64,000 nt of DNA. It comes from Mobula hypostoma. Taxonomy: Eukaryota. The notes beneath the pieces are model-generated. The model made no database searches and was not told the origin of the DNA. It worked only from the letters and a program-made list of their open reading frames with translations. Each line of letters starts with the position of its first letter. The stretch's first letter is position 1. Of this stretch, positions 1 through 10,862 are shown piece after piece. Position numbers and translations under genes: made by a program. The stretch is taken from positions 8,496,001 through 8,560,000 of the forward strand of contig NC_086109.1 in the NCBI RefSeq assembly GCF_963921235.1, given 5' to 3'.

Positions 1-1365
1 AGATGCTGGAATCAATTATAAAAGATGTAATAGCGGCATATTTGGATAGCAGTAGCAGGATAGGTCAGAGTCAGCATGGATTTACGAAGGGGAAATCATG
101 CTTGACTAATCTTCTGGAATTTTTTGAGAATGTAACTATGAAAATGGATACGGGAAAGCCAGTGGATGTAGTGTACCTGGACTTTCAGAAAGCCTTTGAT
201 AAGGTCCCACATAGGAAGTTATTGTGCAAAATTAGAGCACATGGTATTGGGGGTAGGGTACTGACATGGACAGAAAATTGGTTGGCAGACAGGAAACAAA
301 GAGTAGGGATTAATAGGTCCTTTTCAGAATGGCAGGCAGTGACTAGTGGGGTACCGCAAGGCTCGGTGCTGGGACCGCAGCTATTTATAATATACATTAA
401 TGATTTAGATGAAGGGATTAAAAGTAACATTAGCAAATTTGCTGATGACACAAAGCTGGGTGGCAGTGTGAAATGTGAGGAGGATGTTATGAGAATGCAG
501 GGTGACTTGGACAGGTTGGGTGAGTGGGCAGATGCATGGCAGATGCAGTTTAATGTGGATAAATGTGAGATTATCCACTTTGGTGGCAAGAACAGGAAGG
601 CAGATTACTATCTAAATGGTGTCAAGTTAGGAAAAGGGGAAGTACAACGAGATCTAGGTGTCTGTTTATCAGTCACTGAAAGTAAGCATGCAGGTACAGC
701 AGGCAGTGAAGAAAGCTAATGGTATGTTGGCCTTCATAAAAAAGGGAGTTGAGTATAGGAGCAAAGAGGTCCTTCTGCAGTTGTACAGGGCCCTGGTGAG
801 ACCACACCTGGAGTATTGTGTACAGTTTTGGTCTCCAAATTTGAGGAAGGACATTCTTGCTATTGAGGGAGTGCAGCATAGGTTCACAAGGTTGATTCCC
901 GGGATGGCGGGACTGTCATATGTTGAAAGATTGGAGCGACTGGGGTTGTATACACTGGAATTTAGAAGGATGAGAGGGGATCTGATAGAAACATATAAGA
1001 TTATTAGGGGGGGGATTGGACAAGCTAGAGGCAGGAAACATGTTCCTGATGTTGGGGGAGTCCAGAACCAGAGGTCACAATTTAAGAATAAGGGGTAGAC
1101 AATTTAGAACGGAGTAAAGGAAAAACTTTTTCACACAGAGGGTTGTGGTTCTGTGGAATGCTCTGCCTCAGGAGGCAGTGGAGGCCAATTCTCCGGATTC
1201 TTTCAAAAAGGAGTTAGGTAGAGTTCTTAAAGATAGCAGAGTGAAGGGATATGGGGAGAAGGCAGGAAAAGGGTACTGATTGTGGATGATCAGCCATGAT
1301 CACAGTGAATGGTAGTGCTGGCTCGAAGGGCTGAATGGCCTGCTCCTGCACCTATTGTCTATTGA
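1..1365 (+). mobile_element. CR1 LINE 3' portion (RT domain, frameshifted), running off the window start
   Basis: ORFs 3..719 and 658..1098 contain QHGFTKGKSCLTNL, YLDFQKAFDKVPH, GVPQGSVLGP, KFADDTKL and LVRPHLEYCVQFW; CR1-type 3' UTR ends cctattgtctattg. Confidence 0.95.
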
Positions 1366-1444
1366 CATGCCCCCTTCTCATTTGCTACCATCAAAAAGGA
1401 GGTACAGGAGCCTGAAGACACACACTCAATGTTTCAGGAACAGC

Positions 1445-1660
1445 AACCCTAGCCTAATCAGAGGTCAATTTACAATGACCAATTGATCTACTAATCGGTA
1501 CATCTTTGGACTGTGGCAGGAAACCGAAGCTCCCGGAGGAAACCCACATGCACACGAGGAGAACATACAAACTTCATTACAGAGGACCCCAGAACCGAAC
1601 TCTGAACTTTAACCCCCTCCCCCCAGCGTTGTGCTAACTGGTACTCTACTCTGGTGCCCA
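1445..1660 (-). mobile_element. V-domain (HE1-like) tRNA-derived SINE
   Basis: Reverse complement carries the V-SINE core gtttgtatgttctcc...gtgggtttcctccggg...ttcc...cacagtccaaag; many further copies in the window. Confidence 0.75.
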
Positions 1661-1956
1661 TATGCATTTGTCCTTGAATCATACAGCTTGCTAGAACATC
1701 CCATAATCAGGTAAAAACCATCTAGATGAGTGTGAAGACAAAGGAGGCTCCAGATAAACGGCATGTTTCAGGTCAAAACCCAACCATTGCTCTGAGCAGA
1801 AGGAACATTCCTCTGAATATCAATGAGAACTATACAGAACAAAAGGAAAACAACAAAAACTAGGACATCAGGGCCGCTAACTGAAACGCTCCAACTAAAA
1901 CCCCCAGTGCTGACAATGCTGCTTGGAACCTGCGACTTAATACCAAATTAATACCG

Positions 1957-2468
1957 CAAACACGAGGAAATCTGCAGATGCTGGAATTTCAAGCAACACA
2001 CATAAAAGTTGCTGGTGAACGCAGCAGGCCAGGCAGCATCTCTAGGAAGAGGTACAGTCGACGTTTTGGGCCGAGAGCCTTCGTCAGGACTAACTGAAGG
2101 AAGAGCTAGTAAGAGATTTGAAAGTGGGAGGGGGAGATCCAAAATGATAGGAGAAGACAGGAGGGGGAGAGATGGAGCCAAGAGCTGGAAAGTTGGTTGG
2201 CAAAAGGGATATGAGAGGATCATGGGACAGGAGGCCCAGGGAGAAAGAAAAGGGGGAGGAGGGGAGAAAACCAGAGGATGGGCAAGGGGTATAGCCAGAG
2301 GGACAGAGGGAGAAAAAGGAGAGATAGAAAAAGAATGTGTGTATATAAATAAGTAACAGATGGAGTACAAGGGGGAGGTGGGGCATTAGCGGAAGTTTGA
2401 GAAGTCAATGTCCATGCCATCAGGTTGGAGGCTACCCAGACGGAATATAAGGTGTTGTTCCTCCAACC
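1957..2468 (-). mobile_element. Penelope-like element 3' end (end of GIY-YIG, pyrimidine-rich UTR, degenerate hammerhead, tail)
   Basis: Near-identical to 3553-4060; hammerhead core at 2056-2091 has GAAA mutated to AAAA. Confidence 0.9.
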
Positions 2469-2670
2469 AGACTACAATCTAGGTTGTAGTCTTTGTTCCT
2501 GGAACGTTGGCTAAGGTGAGCAGGGAGCGTTGTCGTCGTGGTGCTTTGGTCAAGACTGAAACGACAGGAAGGCCCGTTAAATGCAACCACAAAGAAATCC
2601 TACTTGGCTGCAGTGTGCGATTGCAGACCCCTTGCAGCTGTCCGCCTGCAAGGGTGCCCAGACTCTGCAG

Positions 2671-3009
2671 CAACGTTCCCTCTAACTTACACTACAGCCA
2701 CGTGGACCAACCATTGTTCTGAGCAGGAATTTTTTACGCAGCCTGAAACCTGCATGGGACTTTACATGTTTCTTTCTGTATACGCATACTACGGATATTT
2801 AGAATCAAAACTGAAAAATCACTTACTTTTGATTTTATTTATTAATGTAAGGGTATAATGAAATACAGTACAACAAAGTAAATCTTTCACGTTTCGTAAA
2901 CTTTTTCTCACCTGTCTTTATTCCAGCTGCGTGGCACCAAAGGCTATGTGCGCGGGAGCGTTTCAGTTACTGCGCTGCTGCGCTCCTGAACAGCTTGGAG
3001 GGAACAGTG
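2671..3009. mobile_element. hAT-like MITE
   Basis: TIRs caacgttccctctaa / ttggagggaacagtg; longer sibling at 37012-37616. Confidence 0.7.
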
Positions 3010-3552
3010 GTGATGCGATAGTGGTTGGTAGGTGATGGGTGGAACAAGATGGAGAGGGGATGGTGGGCAGACAGAGTCAGGTTGGGACAGAGGCTGGTAG
3101 ATGGTAGATGGAATGACTAGTCCCATGTCACATGTAGAAGAGGTAGGATGGCTAATTACGTTAGAAGTATAGAGTCATAGAAACAGGCCCTTCAGCTCAT
3201 CTAGACTGTACCTATCCTAAACCACACTTCCCAGATCCTTTCTGTATATTGTGTACGTTCTCTGATATTAAATTGAACAATTTGAATATAAGATAGTGAT
3301 AATAAATTTGATTCTGCTTACATTGCAATGTGCCGGTGACATTCCTGCAAGTTAGTTTTTCAGTGCACCTTGATATTGACTTTGATTTCTGGGACTAATT
3401 TGCGAGATTCTGAGACTCCAGATTCCAGCACAACCCCTCATCTAGGTGGTGATTCCAGGATTGAAAGGCGGTTGATGGCTCTGGGCCTGTACTTAGCAGA
3501 ATTTAGAAGAATGAGGGGTGACCTCATTGAAACCTATCGGACCTTCAAAGGC

Positions 3553-4648
3553 AAACACGAGGAATTCTGCAGATGCTGAAAATTCAAGCAACACACATCA
3601 AAGTTGCTGGTGAATGCAGCAGGCCAGGCAGCATCTCTAGGAAGAGGTACAGTCGACGTTTCAGGCCGAGAGCCTTCGTCAGGACTAACTGAAGGAAGAG
3701 CTAGTAAGAGATTTGAAAGTGGGAGGAGGAGGGGGAGATCCAAAATGATAGGAGAAGACAGGAGGGGGAGGGATGGAGCCAAGAGCTGGACAGGTGATTG
3801 GCAAAAGGGATATGAGAGGATCATGAGACAGGAGGCCCAGGGAGAAGGAAAAGGGGGAGGGGGGAAACCCAGAGGATGGGCAAGGGGTATAGTCAGAGGG
3901 ACAGAGGGAGAAAAAGGAGAGAGAGAGAAAGAATGTGTGTTTATAAATAAATAATGGTTGGGGTACGAGGGGGAGGTGGGGCATTAGCGGAAGTTAGAGG
4001 TCAATGTTCATGCCATCAGGTTGGAGGATACCCAGACGGAATATAAGGTGTTGTTCCTTCAACCTGAGTGTGGCTTCATCCTGACAGTAGATGAGGCCGT
4101 GGATAGACATGTCAGAATGGGAATGGGATGTGGAATTAAAATGGGTGGCCACTGGGAGATCCTGCTTTCTCTGGCGGACAGAGCTTAGGTGTTCAGCAAA
4201 ACGATCTCCCAGTCTGCGTCGGGTCTTGCCAATATATAGAAGGCCACATCGGGAGTACTGGAAGCAGTATATCACCCCAGCCGACTCACAGGTGAAGTGT
4301 CGCCTCACCTGGAAGGACTGTCTGGGGCCCTGAATGGTGGTGAGGGAGGAAGTGTAAGGGCATGTCTAGCACTTGTTCCACTTACACGGATAAGTGCTGG
4401 GAGGGAGATCAGTGGGGAGGGATGGGGGGGACGAATGGACAAGGGAGTTACGTAGGGAGCGATCCCTGCGGAAAGTTGGGGGGGGGCCGGAGGGAAAGAT
4501 GTGCTTAGTTGTGGGATCCCGTTGGAGGTGGCGGAAGTTACGGAGAATAATACGCTGGACCCGGAGGCTGGTGGAGTGGTAGGTGAGGACCAGAGGAGCC
4601 CTATTCCTAGTGGGGTGGCAGGAGGATGGAGTGAGAGCAGATGTGCGT
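3553..4648 (-). mobile_element. Penelope-like (Neptune-type) element, left arm of inverted dimer
   Basis: ORF 3994..4308 has GVIY...LYIGKT (GIY-YIG); reverse complement of 4669-5725 plus a 33-nt tail. Confidence 0.92.
3651..3686 (-). ncRNA. Minimal type I hammerhead ribozyme motif
   Basis: Reverse complement reads AGTC-CTGACGA-AGGC tctcg GCCT-GAAAC-GTC-GACT: intact core, paired stems I and II, palindromic loopless stem III. Confidence 0.8.
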
Positions 4649-5725
4649 AAATGCATCTGCCCCATTTCACGCACATCTGCTCTCACTCCATCCTCCCGCC
4701 ACCCCACTAGGAATAGAGTTCCCCTGGTCCTCACCTACCACCCCACCAGCCTCCGGGTCCAGCTTATTATTCTCCGTAACTTCCGCCTCCAACGGGATCC
4801 CACCACTAAGCACATCTTTCCCTCCCCCCCCTCTGCTTTCTGCAGGGATCGCTCCCAACACGACTCCCTTGTCCATTCGTCCTCCCCATCCCTCCCCACT
4901 GATCTCCCTCCTGGCACTTACCCTTGTAAGCGGAACAAGTGCTACACATACCCTTACACTTCCTCCCTTACCGCCATTCAGGGCCCCAAACAGTCCTTCC
5001 AGGTGAGGCGACACTTCACCTGTGAGTCGGCTGGGGTGATATACTGCGTCCGGTGCTCCCAATGTGGCCTTCTATATATTGGCAAGACCCGACGCAGACT
5101 GGGAGATCGTTTTGCTGAACACCTACGCTCTGTCTGCCAGAGAAAGCAGGATCTCCCAGTGGCCACACATTTTAATTCCACATCCCATTCCCATTCTGAT
5201 ATGTCTATCCACGGCCTCCTCTACTGTAAAGATGAAGCCACACTCAGGTTGGAGGAACAACACCTTATATTCTGTCTGGGTAGCCTCCAACCTGATGACG
5301 TGAACATTGACTTCTCTAACTTCTGCTAATGCCCCACCTCCCCCTCGTACCCCATCCATTATTTATTTTTATACACACATTCTTTCTCTCACTCTCTCCT
5401 TTTTCTCCCTCTGTCCCTCTTACTATACCCCTTGCCCATCCTTTGGGTTCCCCCCCCCTTTTCCTTCTCCCTGGGCCTCCTGTCCCATGATCCTCTCATA
5501 TCCCCTTTGCCAATCACCTGTCCAGCTCTTGGCTCCATCCCTCCCCCTCCTGTCTTCTCCTATCATTTTGGATCTCCCCCTCTCCCTCCCACTTTCAAAT
5601 CTCTTACTAACTCTTCCTTCAGTTAGTCCTGACGAAGGGTCTCGGCCTGAAACGTCGACTGTACCTCTTCCTAGAGATGCTGCCTGGCCTGCTGCGTTCA
5701 CCAGCAACTTTGATGTGTGTTGCTT
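4649..5725 (+). mobile_element. Penelope-like (Neptune-type) element, right arm: Cys-rich linker, GIY-YIG endonuclease and 3' UTR
   Basis: ORF 4583..5329: PLVLTYHP, PCKRNKCYT, FTCESAGVIYCVRCSQCGLLYIGKTRRRLGDRFAEH, HFN, EQHLI. Confidence 0.93.
5625..5660 (+). ncRNA. Minimal type I hammerhead ribozyme motif
   Basis: AGTC-CTGACGA-agggtctcggcct-GAAAC-GTC-GACT. Confidence 0.78.
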
Positions 5726-6420
5726 AGACCTTCAAAGGCCTCGATAGAGTGGATGTGGAGATGTTGTTTCCTATAGTGGGGGAGTCTAGGACCAGAGGGC
5801 ACAGTCTCAGAATAGAGGAGTGTCTCTTTAGAATAGAGATGAGGAGGAATTTCTTTAGCCAGAGAGTGATGAATCTGTGGAGTCTGCTGCCACAGGTGGC
5901 TGAGGAGGCCAAGTCATTGGGTACATTTAAGACAAAGATTCATAGATTCTTGATTAGTCAGGGCATGAAGGGATACGGGGATAGAGCATGAGATTGGGGC
6001 TGGGAGGGAAATTGGATCAGCTATGATGAAATGGCGGAACAGGTGCAATGGGCTGAATGGCGTAATTCTGCTCCTATATCTTAAGACCTCATGGTCACTG
6101 TTTCTCTGCTTTCTTAAGGGATGATTTCTATCATCAGTCACAGATAATAAACCGAACCCACACCAGAAAGGAAGTTTATTTACCATTTGGCCATTATGGT
6201 ATCATTGATGTATATTATCATTTTAAAAAATTATGTGTATCAATGAACTGTTGCTGTAAATCAACACATTTCACAACATATGCCAGTGATATTAAACCCG
6301 GCTCGATTGCTTTTAAAGTATGAGACGTCCCGATCTGATTACCTGTTCCATGATCCCAAAATCTGGAGTTGTTACTATGGACAACTAGCCAGGTTCTGAA
6401 ATGGGAACTGAATGTACTCT

Positions 6421-6718
6421 TTAGGCATCCGTAGTCTTGTGAGACCATGGATTTGCGCCTTGGAAGGTTTCCAGGGTGCAGGCCTGGGCAAGGTTGTATG
6501 GAAGACGAGCAGTTTGCCCATGCTGCAAGTCTCCCCTCTCCACGCCACTGATGTTGTCCGAGGGAAGGGCATTAGGACCCATACAGCTTGGAACCGGAGA
6601 GCAATGTGTGGTTAAGTGCCTTGCTCAAGGACACAACATGCTGCCTCAGCTGAGGCTCGAACTAGCGACCTTCAGATCACTAGACCGACGCCTTAACCAC
6701 TTGGCCACACGCCAACAC
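6421..6718 (-). mobile_element. Full-length tRNA-derived CORE-type SINE with RTE-related 3' part
   Basis: A box TGGCCAAGTGG, B box GTTCGAGCC, CORE-like tgtgtccttgagcaaggcacttaac; 10-bp TSD aatgtactct (6411-6420, 6719-6728). Confidence 0.85.
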
Positions 6719-6761
6719 AATGTACTCTGAATGTGGACAATAAGTCATGTTTTGCCTTGGT

Positions 6762-7530
6762 TCAAGGTTCAGAGTTCGATGTAAATTTATTAACAAGGTA
6801 TGCATATGTCACCACATAAAACCCTAAGATTCATTTTCTTGCAGGGATTGACAGTAGACCAAAGAAATACAACGAGTCAATGAAAAACTACTCACAAAGA
6901 CTGAGAAACAATCAATGTGCAAAAGACAAACTGTGCAAATACAAAAAGAAAAGCAAATAATAGCAATATTAATAATAAAATAATATAAATAATACTGAGA
7001 ACATGGGTTGTGGAGTCCTTGAAAGTGAATCCACTGGTTGTGGAATTAGTTCAGTGTTAAGGTGAGTGAAGTTCCCCTCATTGCCTGCGAGGAGTTTGTA
7101 TGTTCTCCCCATGACTGTATGGGTTTCCTCCCACAGTCCAAAGACATACGGGTTAGTAGGTCAGTTGCCCCGTGATTAGGGTAGGATTAAACTGAGGGTT
7201 GCTGTGCAGTACGACTTGAAGGGTCAGTAGGCCCTGTTCCACACTGTATCTCAATAAAATAAAGTTATCCACAGTGGTTCAGGAGCCTGATGGTTGAAGG
7301 GTATTACCTGTTCCTGAACCTGGTGGTGTGGGACCTGCAGCTCCTGTACCTCCGTCCCAATGGTTCCTTGAGGATAGATGCTGCTTTCTTGCGACAGCAC
7401 TCCTGGTAGGTGTGCTCAGTAGTGGGGAAGGCTTTCCCTGTGGTGCGCTGAGTTGTAACCATCAATTTTAGTTGGCTTCTCTGTTCTTAGACATTGGTGC
7501 TTCGGCATCAGGCTGTGATGCATCCTGTGG
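6762..7530 (-). mobile_element. Rex1/Babar-like LINE 3' end, interrupted by a V-SINE fragment (about 7075-7262, +)
   Basis: Same 3' UTR and (ttgaac)n-type tail as 8676-9165; coding remnant ...gaggtacaggag... on the minus strand. Confidence 0.7.
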
Positions 7531-7534
7531 TTTC

Positions 7535-7955
7535 TAACTTGTCAACATGGACATCAATTTCTCTAACTTCCAGTAAGTACTCCTCTCTGTCCCTTCCTTG
7601 TCACACCAGCCCCCATCACGCCGTCTCTTTCCCCTGCCCCAGCCACTCCGTGTCTATCAACAATTCACTCCACCCACTGGTTCCAATCTCTCCACTTCCC
7701 CTTTGCTCTTTCAGATGCTATTTTCTCTCCTCCAGCTTCCACCTGCCACCTCCCAGCCTCTAACATTATTCCCATTCTGCCCTCCTCCATCTGCCTATCA
7801 CACCTCCTCACCTGGATCCACCCTTCACCTGCCAGCTCCTTCCCTACACCCACCCTTTTCTCTCCTCTTTCCTTCCAGCCCTGGTGAAGAGTCTCAACCC
7901 AAAATGTCGACTGTCCACATCCATCCATCGAGGCTGCCTCACCTGCCGAGTTATA
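7535..7955 (+). mobile_element. Old Penelope-like 3' UTR with decayed hammerhead
   Basis: CT-rich tract followed by ctggtgaagagtctcaacccaaaatgtcgact. Confidence 0.7.
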
Positions 7956-8345
7956 CCATAAGACCATAAGAGATAGGAGCAGAATTAGGCCGTTTGCCCC
8001 TTCGAGTCTGCTCCGCCATTTCATCGTGGCTGATCCATTTTCCTTCTCAGCCTCAATCCATTGCCTTCTCCCCGTATCCCTTCATGCCCTGACTAATCAA
8101 GAATCTATCAACCTCTGCCTTAAGTATACCCAATGACTTGGCCTCCATGGCTGCCTGTGGCAACAAATTCCACAGACTCACCTCTCTCTGGCTAAAGAAA
8201 TTCCTTCTCATCTCCATTCTAAAAGGACACCCCTCTATTCTGAGGCTGTATCCTCTGGTCTTAGACTCCCCCACCATAGGAAACATCCTCTCCACATCCA
8301 TTCTATTCAGGCCTTTTAATATTTGATGTTTCAATGAGATTCCCC
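7956..8345 (-). mobile_element. CR1 3' end
   Basis: ORF 8053..8334 (ESKTRGYSLRI, RRNFFSQR); (cttatggt)n tail. Confidence 0.9.
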
Positions 8346-8675
8346 CAACTTTCTTCCAACTTTTAGGGTGTGGCTGTCATAATTTTTATCCCAAAGAAAC
8401 TATTGTTGGCTTCTGATTTATGTTATCTACAGTGCACGAGACAATTTAACTGTTTTGACAATGAAGCAATTTATAAGACTATTGAATGGTTTTCTTACAC
8501 AACAAGGTAGATTCTTGACCTCAAGTCTACCTTGCTCTAACTTTGTGGTTTATTGTTTACCTGTACTACACTTTCACTGTAGGTTTTACACTCTATTCTA
8601 CATTCTGCCATTGCTTTACCTTAATCCTGCTCGATGCACTGTGCAATAATTTGATCTGCATAAACAGTATGCAAG

Positions 8676-9165
8676 TCATGAAACACCATCGCAGGAAAGC
8701 TGCATCCATCATCAGGGAACCCACCACACAGGTCATGCTCTCTTCTCGCTACTGACATCGGGAAGAAGGTACAGGAGCCTCAGGACTCACACCGCCAGGC
8801 TCAGGAACAGTTATTACCCCTCAACATCAGGCTTTTGAACCAAAATGGATAACTTCACTCAACTTCACTTGCCCCATTATTGAAATGTTTCCACAACCTA
8901 TGGGCTCACTTTCAAGAACTCTTCATTTCATGTTCTCAATATCTATTGTTTATTTATTGATTATTATTATTTCTTTCTTCTTATATTTGCACAGTTTGTT
9001 ATCTTCTGCATTCTGGTTGAACGCCCAAGTTGGTGCATTCTTTCATTGATTCTGTTATGGTTATTATTCTGTAAATTTATTGAGTATGCCTGCAAGAAAA
9101 TGAATCTCGGGGCTGTTTATGGTGACATAAATGTACTTTGATAATAAAGGTACTTTGAACTTTGA
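8676..9165 (+). mobile_element. Rex1/Babar-like LINE 3' end
   Basis: RKAASII remnant, 3' UTR, aataaa...tttgaactttga tail. Confidence 0.7.
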
Positions 9166-9820
9166 AGCTTTTCACTGTATCTTGGTACATGTGACAAGAA
9201 TAAACCAATTATCAATACCAAACTCAGCCTTAAAGAAGTTTACAGATTATGAGGGGCAGAGCTAAACAGGCGGTGTTTTCCTCCCAGGTTCGAAATGTCT
9301 AACGCGACAGGGGTGTGCATTGAAGGTGAGGGGGCACATTCAAAGGAGGTGCACAGGGCAAGCTTTTTTCACACAGAGCGTAGTGGCTGCCTGGAATCTG
9401 CTGCCAGGGGTGGAGATGGAGACAGGTGTTTAAGAGGCTCTAAGATTGGCATATGAATGTGCAGAGAATGGAGGGATATGGACATTGTGTAGGCAGAAGG
9501 AATTAATTTAGATAGGCACTTAAGTACCAGTTTAATTTTTTCAACACCTGGACTGAAGGGCTTGATTCTGCAGCCAATTTCAAAGTTCAAAGTAGATTTT
9601 TATTAACAAAGTATGTACACTTTATACAGCATTGAGATCGGTCTCCTTGCAGGCAGCCACGAAACAAAGGAGACAAATCTCAAGGTTGTATGAAGTATAC
9701 TTACCTCATTAATAAAATGGACTTTGAACTTTGAAATTGAAACTTATCTATTGGCTGCTGAAAATTATAGTATCACAATGAGGTCCAATTAAATCGATTA
9801 AGGAAAGGCACCAGAGACGA

Positions 9821-10072
9821 GGTGGCAAAGTGGCATAGTGGTTAGCTTAACGTTATTACAGCACCGGCAACCTGAATTCAATTCCGCCACTGTCTGTAAA
9901 GAGCTTGTACGTGGTCCCCATGACCGCGTGGGTTTCCTCCAGGTGCTCCTGCTTCCTCCCACAGTCCAAAGGCGAACGGGCTCGCAGATGAATTGGTCAT
10001 ATAGTGTGATTGGGCGGGGTGGGCTCATTGGGCCGGGTTACTGTGCCGTATCTATGCAGAAAACAAATAAGA
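9821..10072 (+). mobile_element. V-domain SINE
   Basis: A box tggcatagtgg, B-box-like ttcaattcc, V core, CR1-like tail. Confidence 0.75.
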
Positions 10073-10462
10073 GATAATTCCCCTGGTACTCTTCAAACTC
10101 AGCGGGTCAGGCAGCTTCCTGATGAAAGGAGCTTTGTCTGTTTATTCTCCTCCATAGATACTGCCTGACCAGATGAGTTCAACCAGCTCTTGGATTGGCA
10201 CATGAACGTGCAGAGGGCGGAGGGATATGGACATTATGTCGGCAGAATGGACTAGTTTTAAATAGGCAGTTGAGTACTTGTGTTGCAGAATCTGCAGAAT
10301 TTCTTGTGTTTATGAAGCCAAAGAAACTTTTACCAACAATGGCCCAAATATTCTCCTTACTTGTTTTACATACCTGTACCATGACAATTAATTATCACAT
10401 GGAACTAACATCAGTCAAAAGTCATCCCAGGAGACAAGAATTTTTTAACTTCCCTGCCTCTC

Positions 10463-10862
10463 ACTTACTCACTGCCTGTTACACGGCTGGTGTTTAGAGC
10501 AGCAATGAAGGTCCTTCATCTCTGGCAGTGATCAGGACTTCCTTCATTGTGTCAGTAGTTTCCTCTCAGGTTTCACTACTGTGAGTCATGCAAGTTCTGG
10601 GTGGAGACGCAGGAATACCACTTGCACTCAGATGTTGCTGTTTCCATAATAGTTTTGTTTTACCAGTCAGGGCTGTTAGCCCCAAGCTGAATCCCTGAAC
10701 CTGGAGACCACTCCTGGTCTGGCCCCTACCCTCTGTCCTGTTTGACACAGGTGACCCCTATCAAGAGCCAAGGCATAAAGCCCTGACTCCAGCCAGCATA
10801 GCTCTCCAGGTCATCAAGGCACGCAAGCCTCCAAACCACGACAAAGATGTGGTCCTTTTGGA
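10463..10862 (-). mobile_element. Non-autonomous RTE derivative (RTE 5' UTR joined to 3' tail)
   Basis: Homologous to 58989-59397; (taag)-like tail; imperfect TSD ending ctctcac. Confidence 0.65.

Larger units (their letters stand above)
3450..6090 (+). mobile_element. CR1 3' fragment interrupted at 3552 by the palindromic Penelope insertion
   Basis: EFRRMRGDLIETY (to 3552) resumes at 5740 and runs through ESRTRGHSLRI into the CR1 3' UTR. Confidence 0.9.

Noticed and set aside
2009..2356. Repeated ORF MLVNAAGQAASLGRG (also 3604..3954 and 5423..5707) as a gene family
   Set aside because: Antisense reading of the low-complexity Penelope 3' UTR
4583..5329. Intact 248-aa endonuclease gene
   Set aside because: The N-terminus is read through the palindrome centre from the antisense arm; the element is 5'-truncated and lacks RT
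6645..6718. tRNA gene (minus strand)
   Set aside because: A and B boxes are present, but it is the head of a TSD-flanked SINE and I cannot fold a complete cloverleaf
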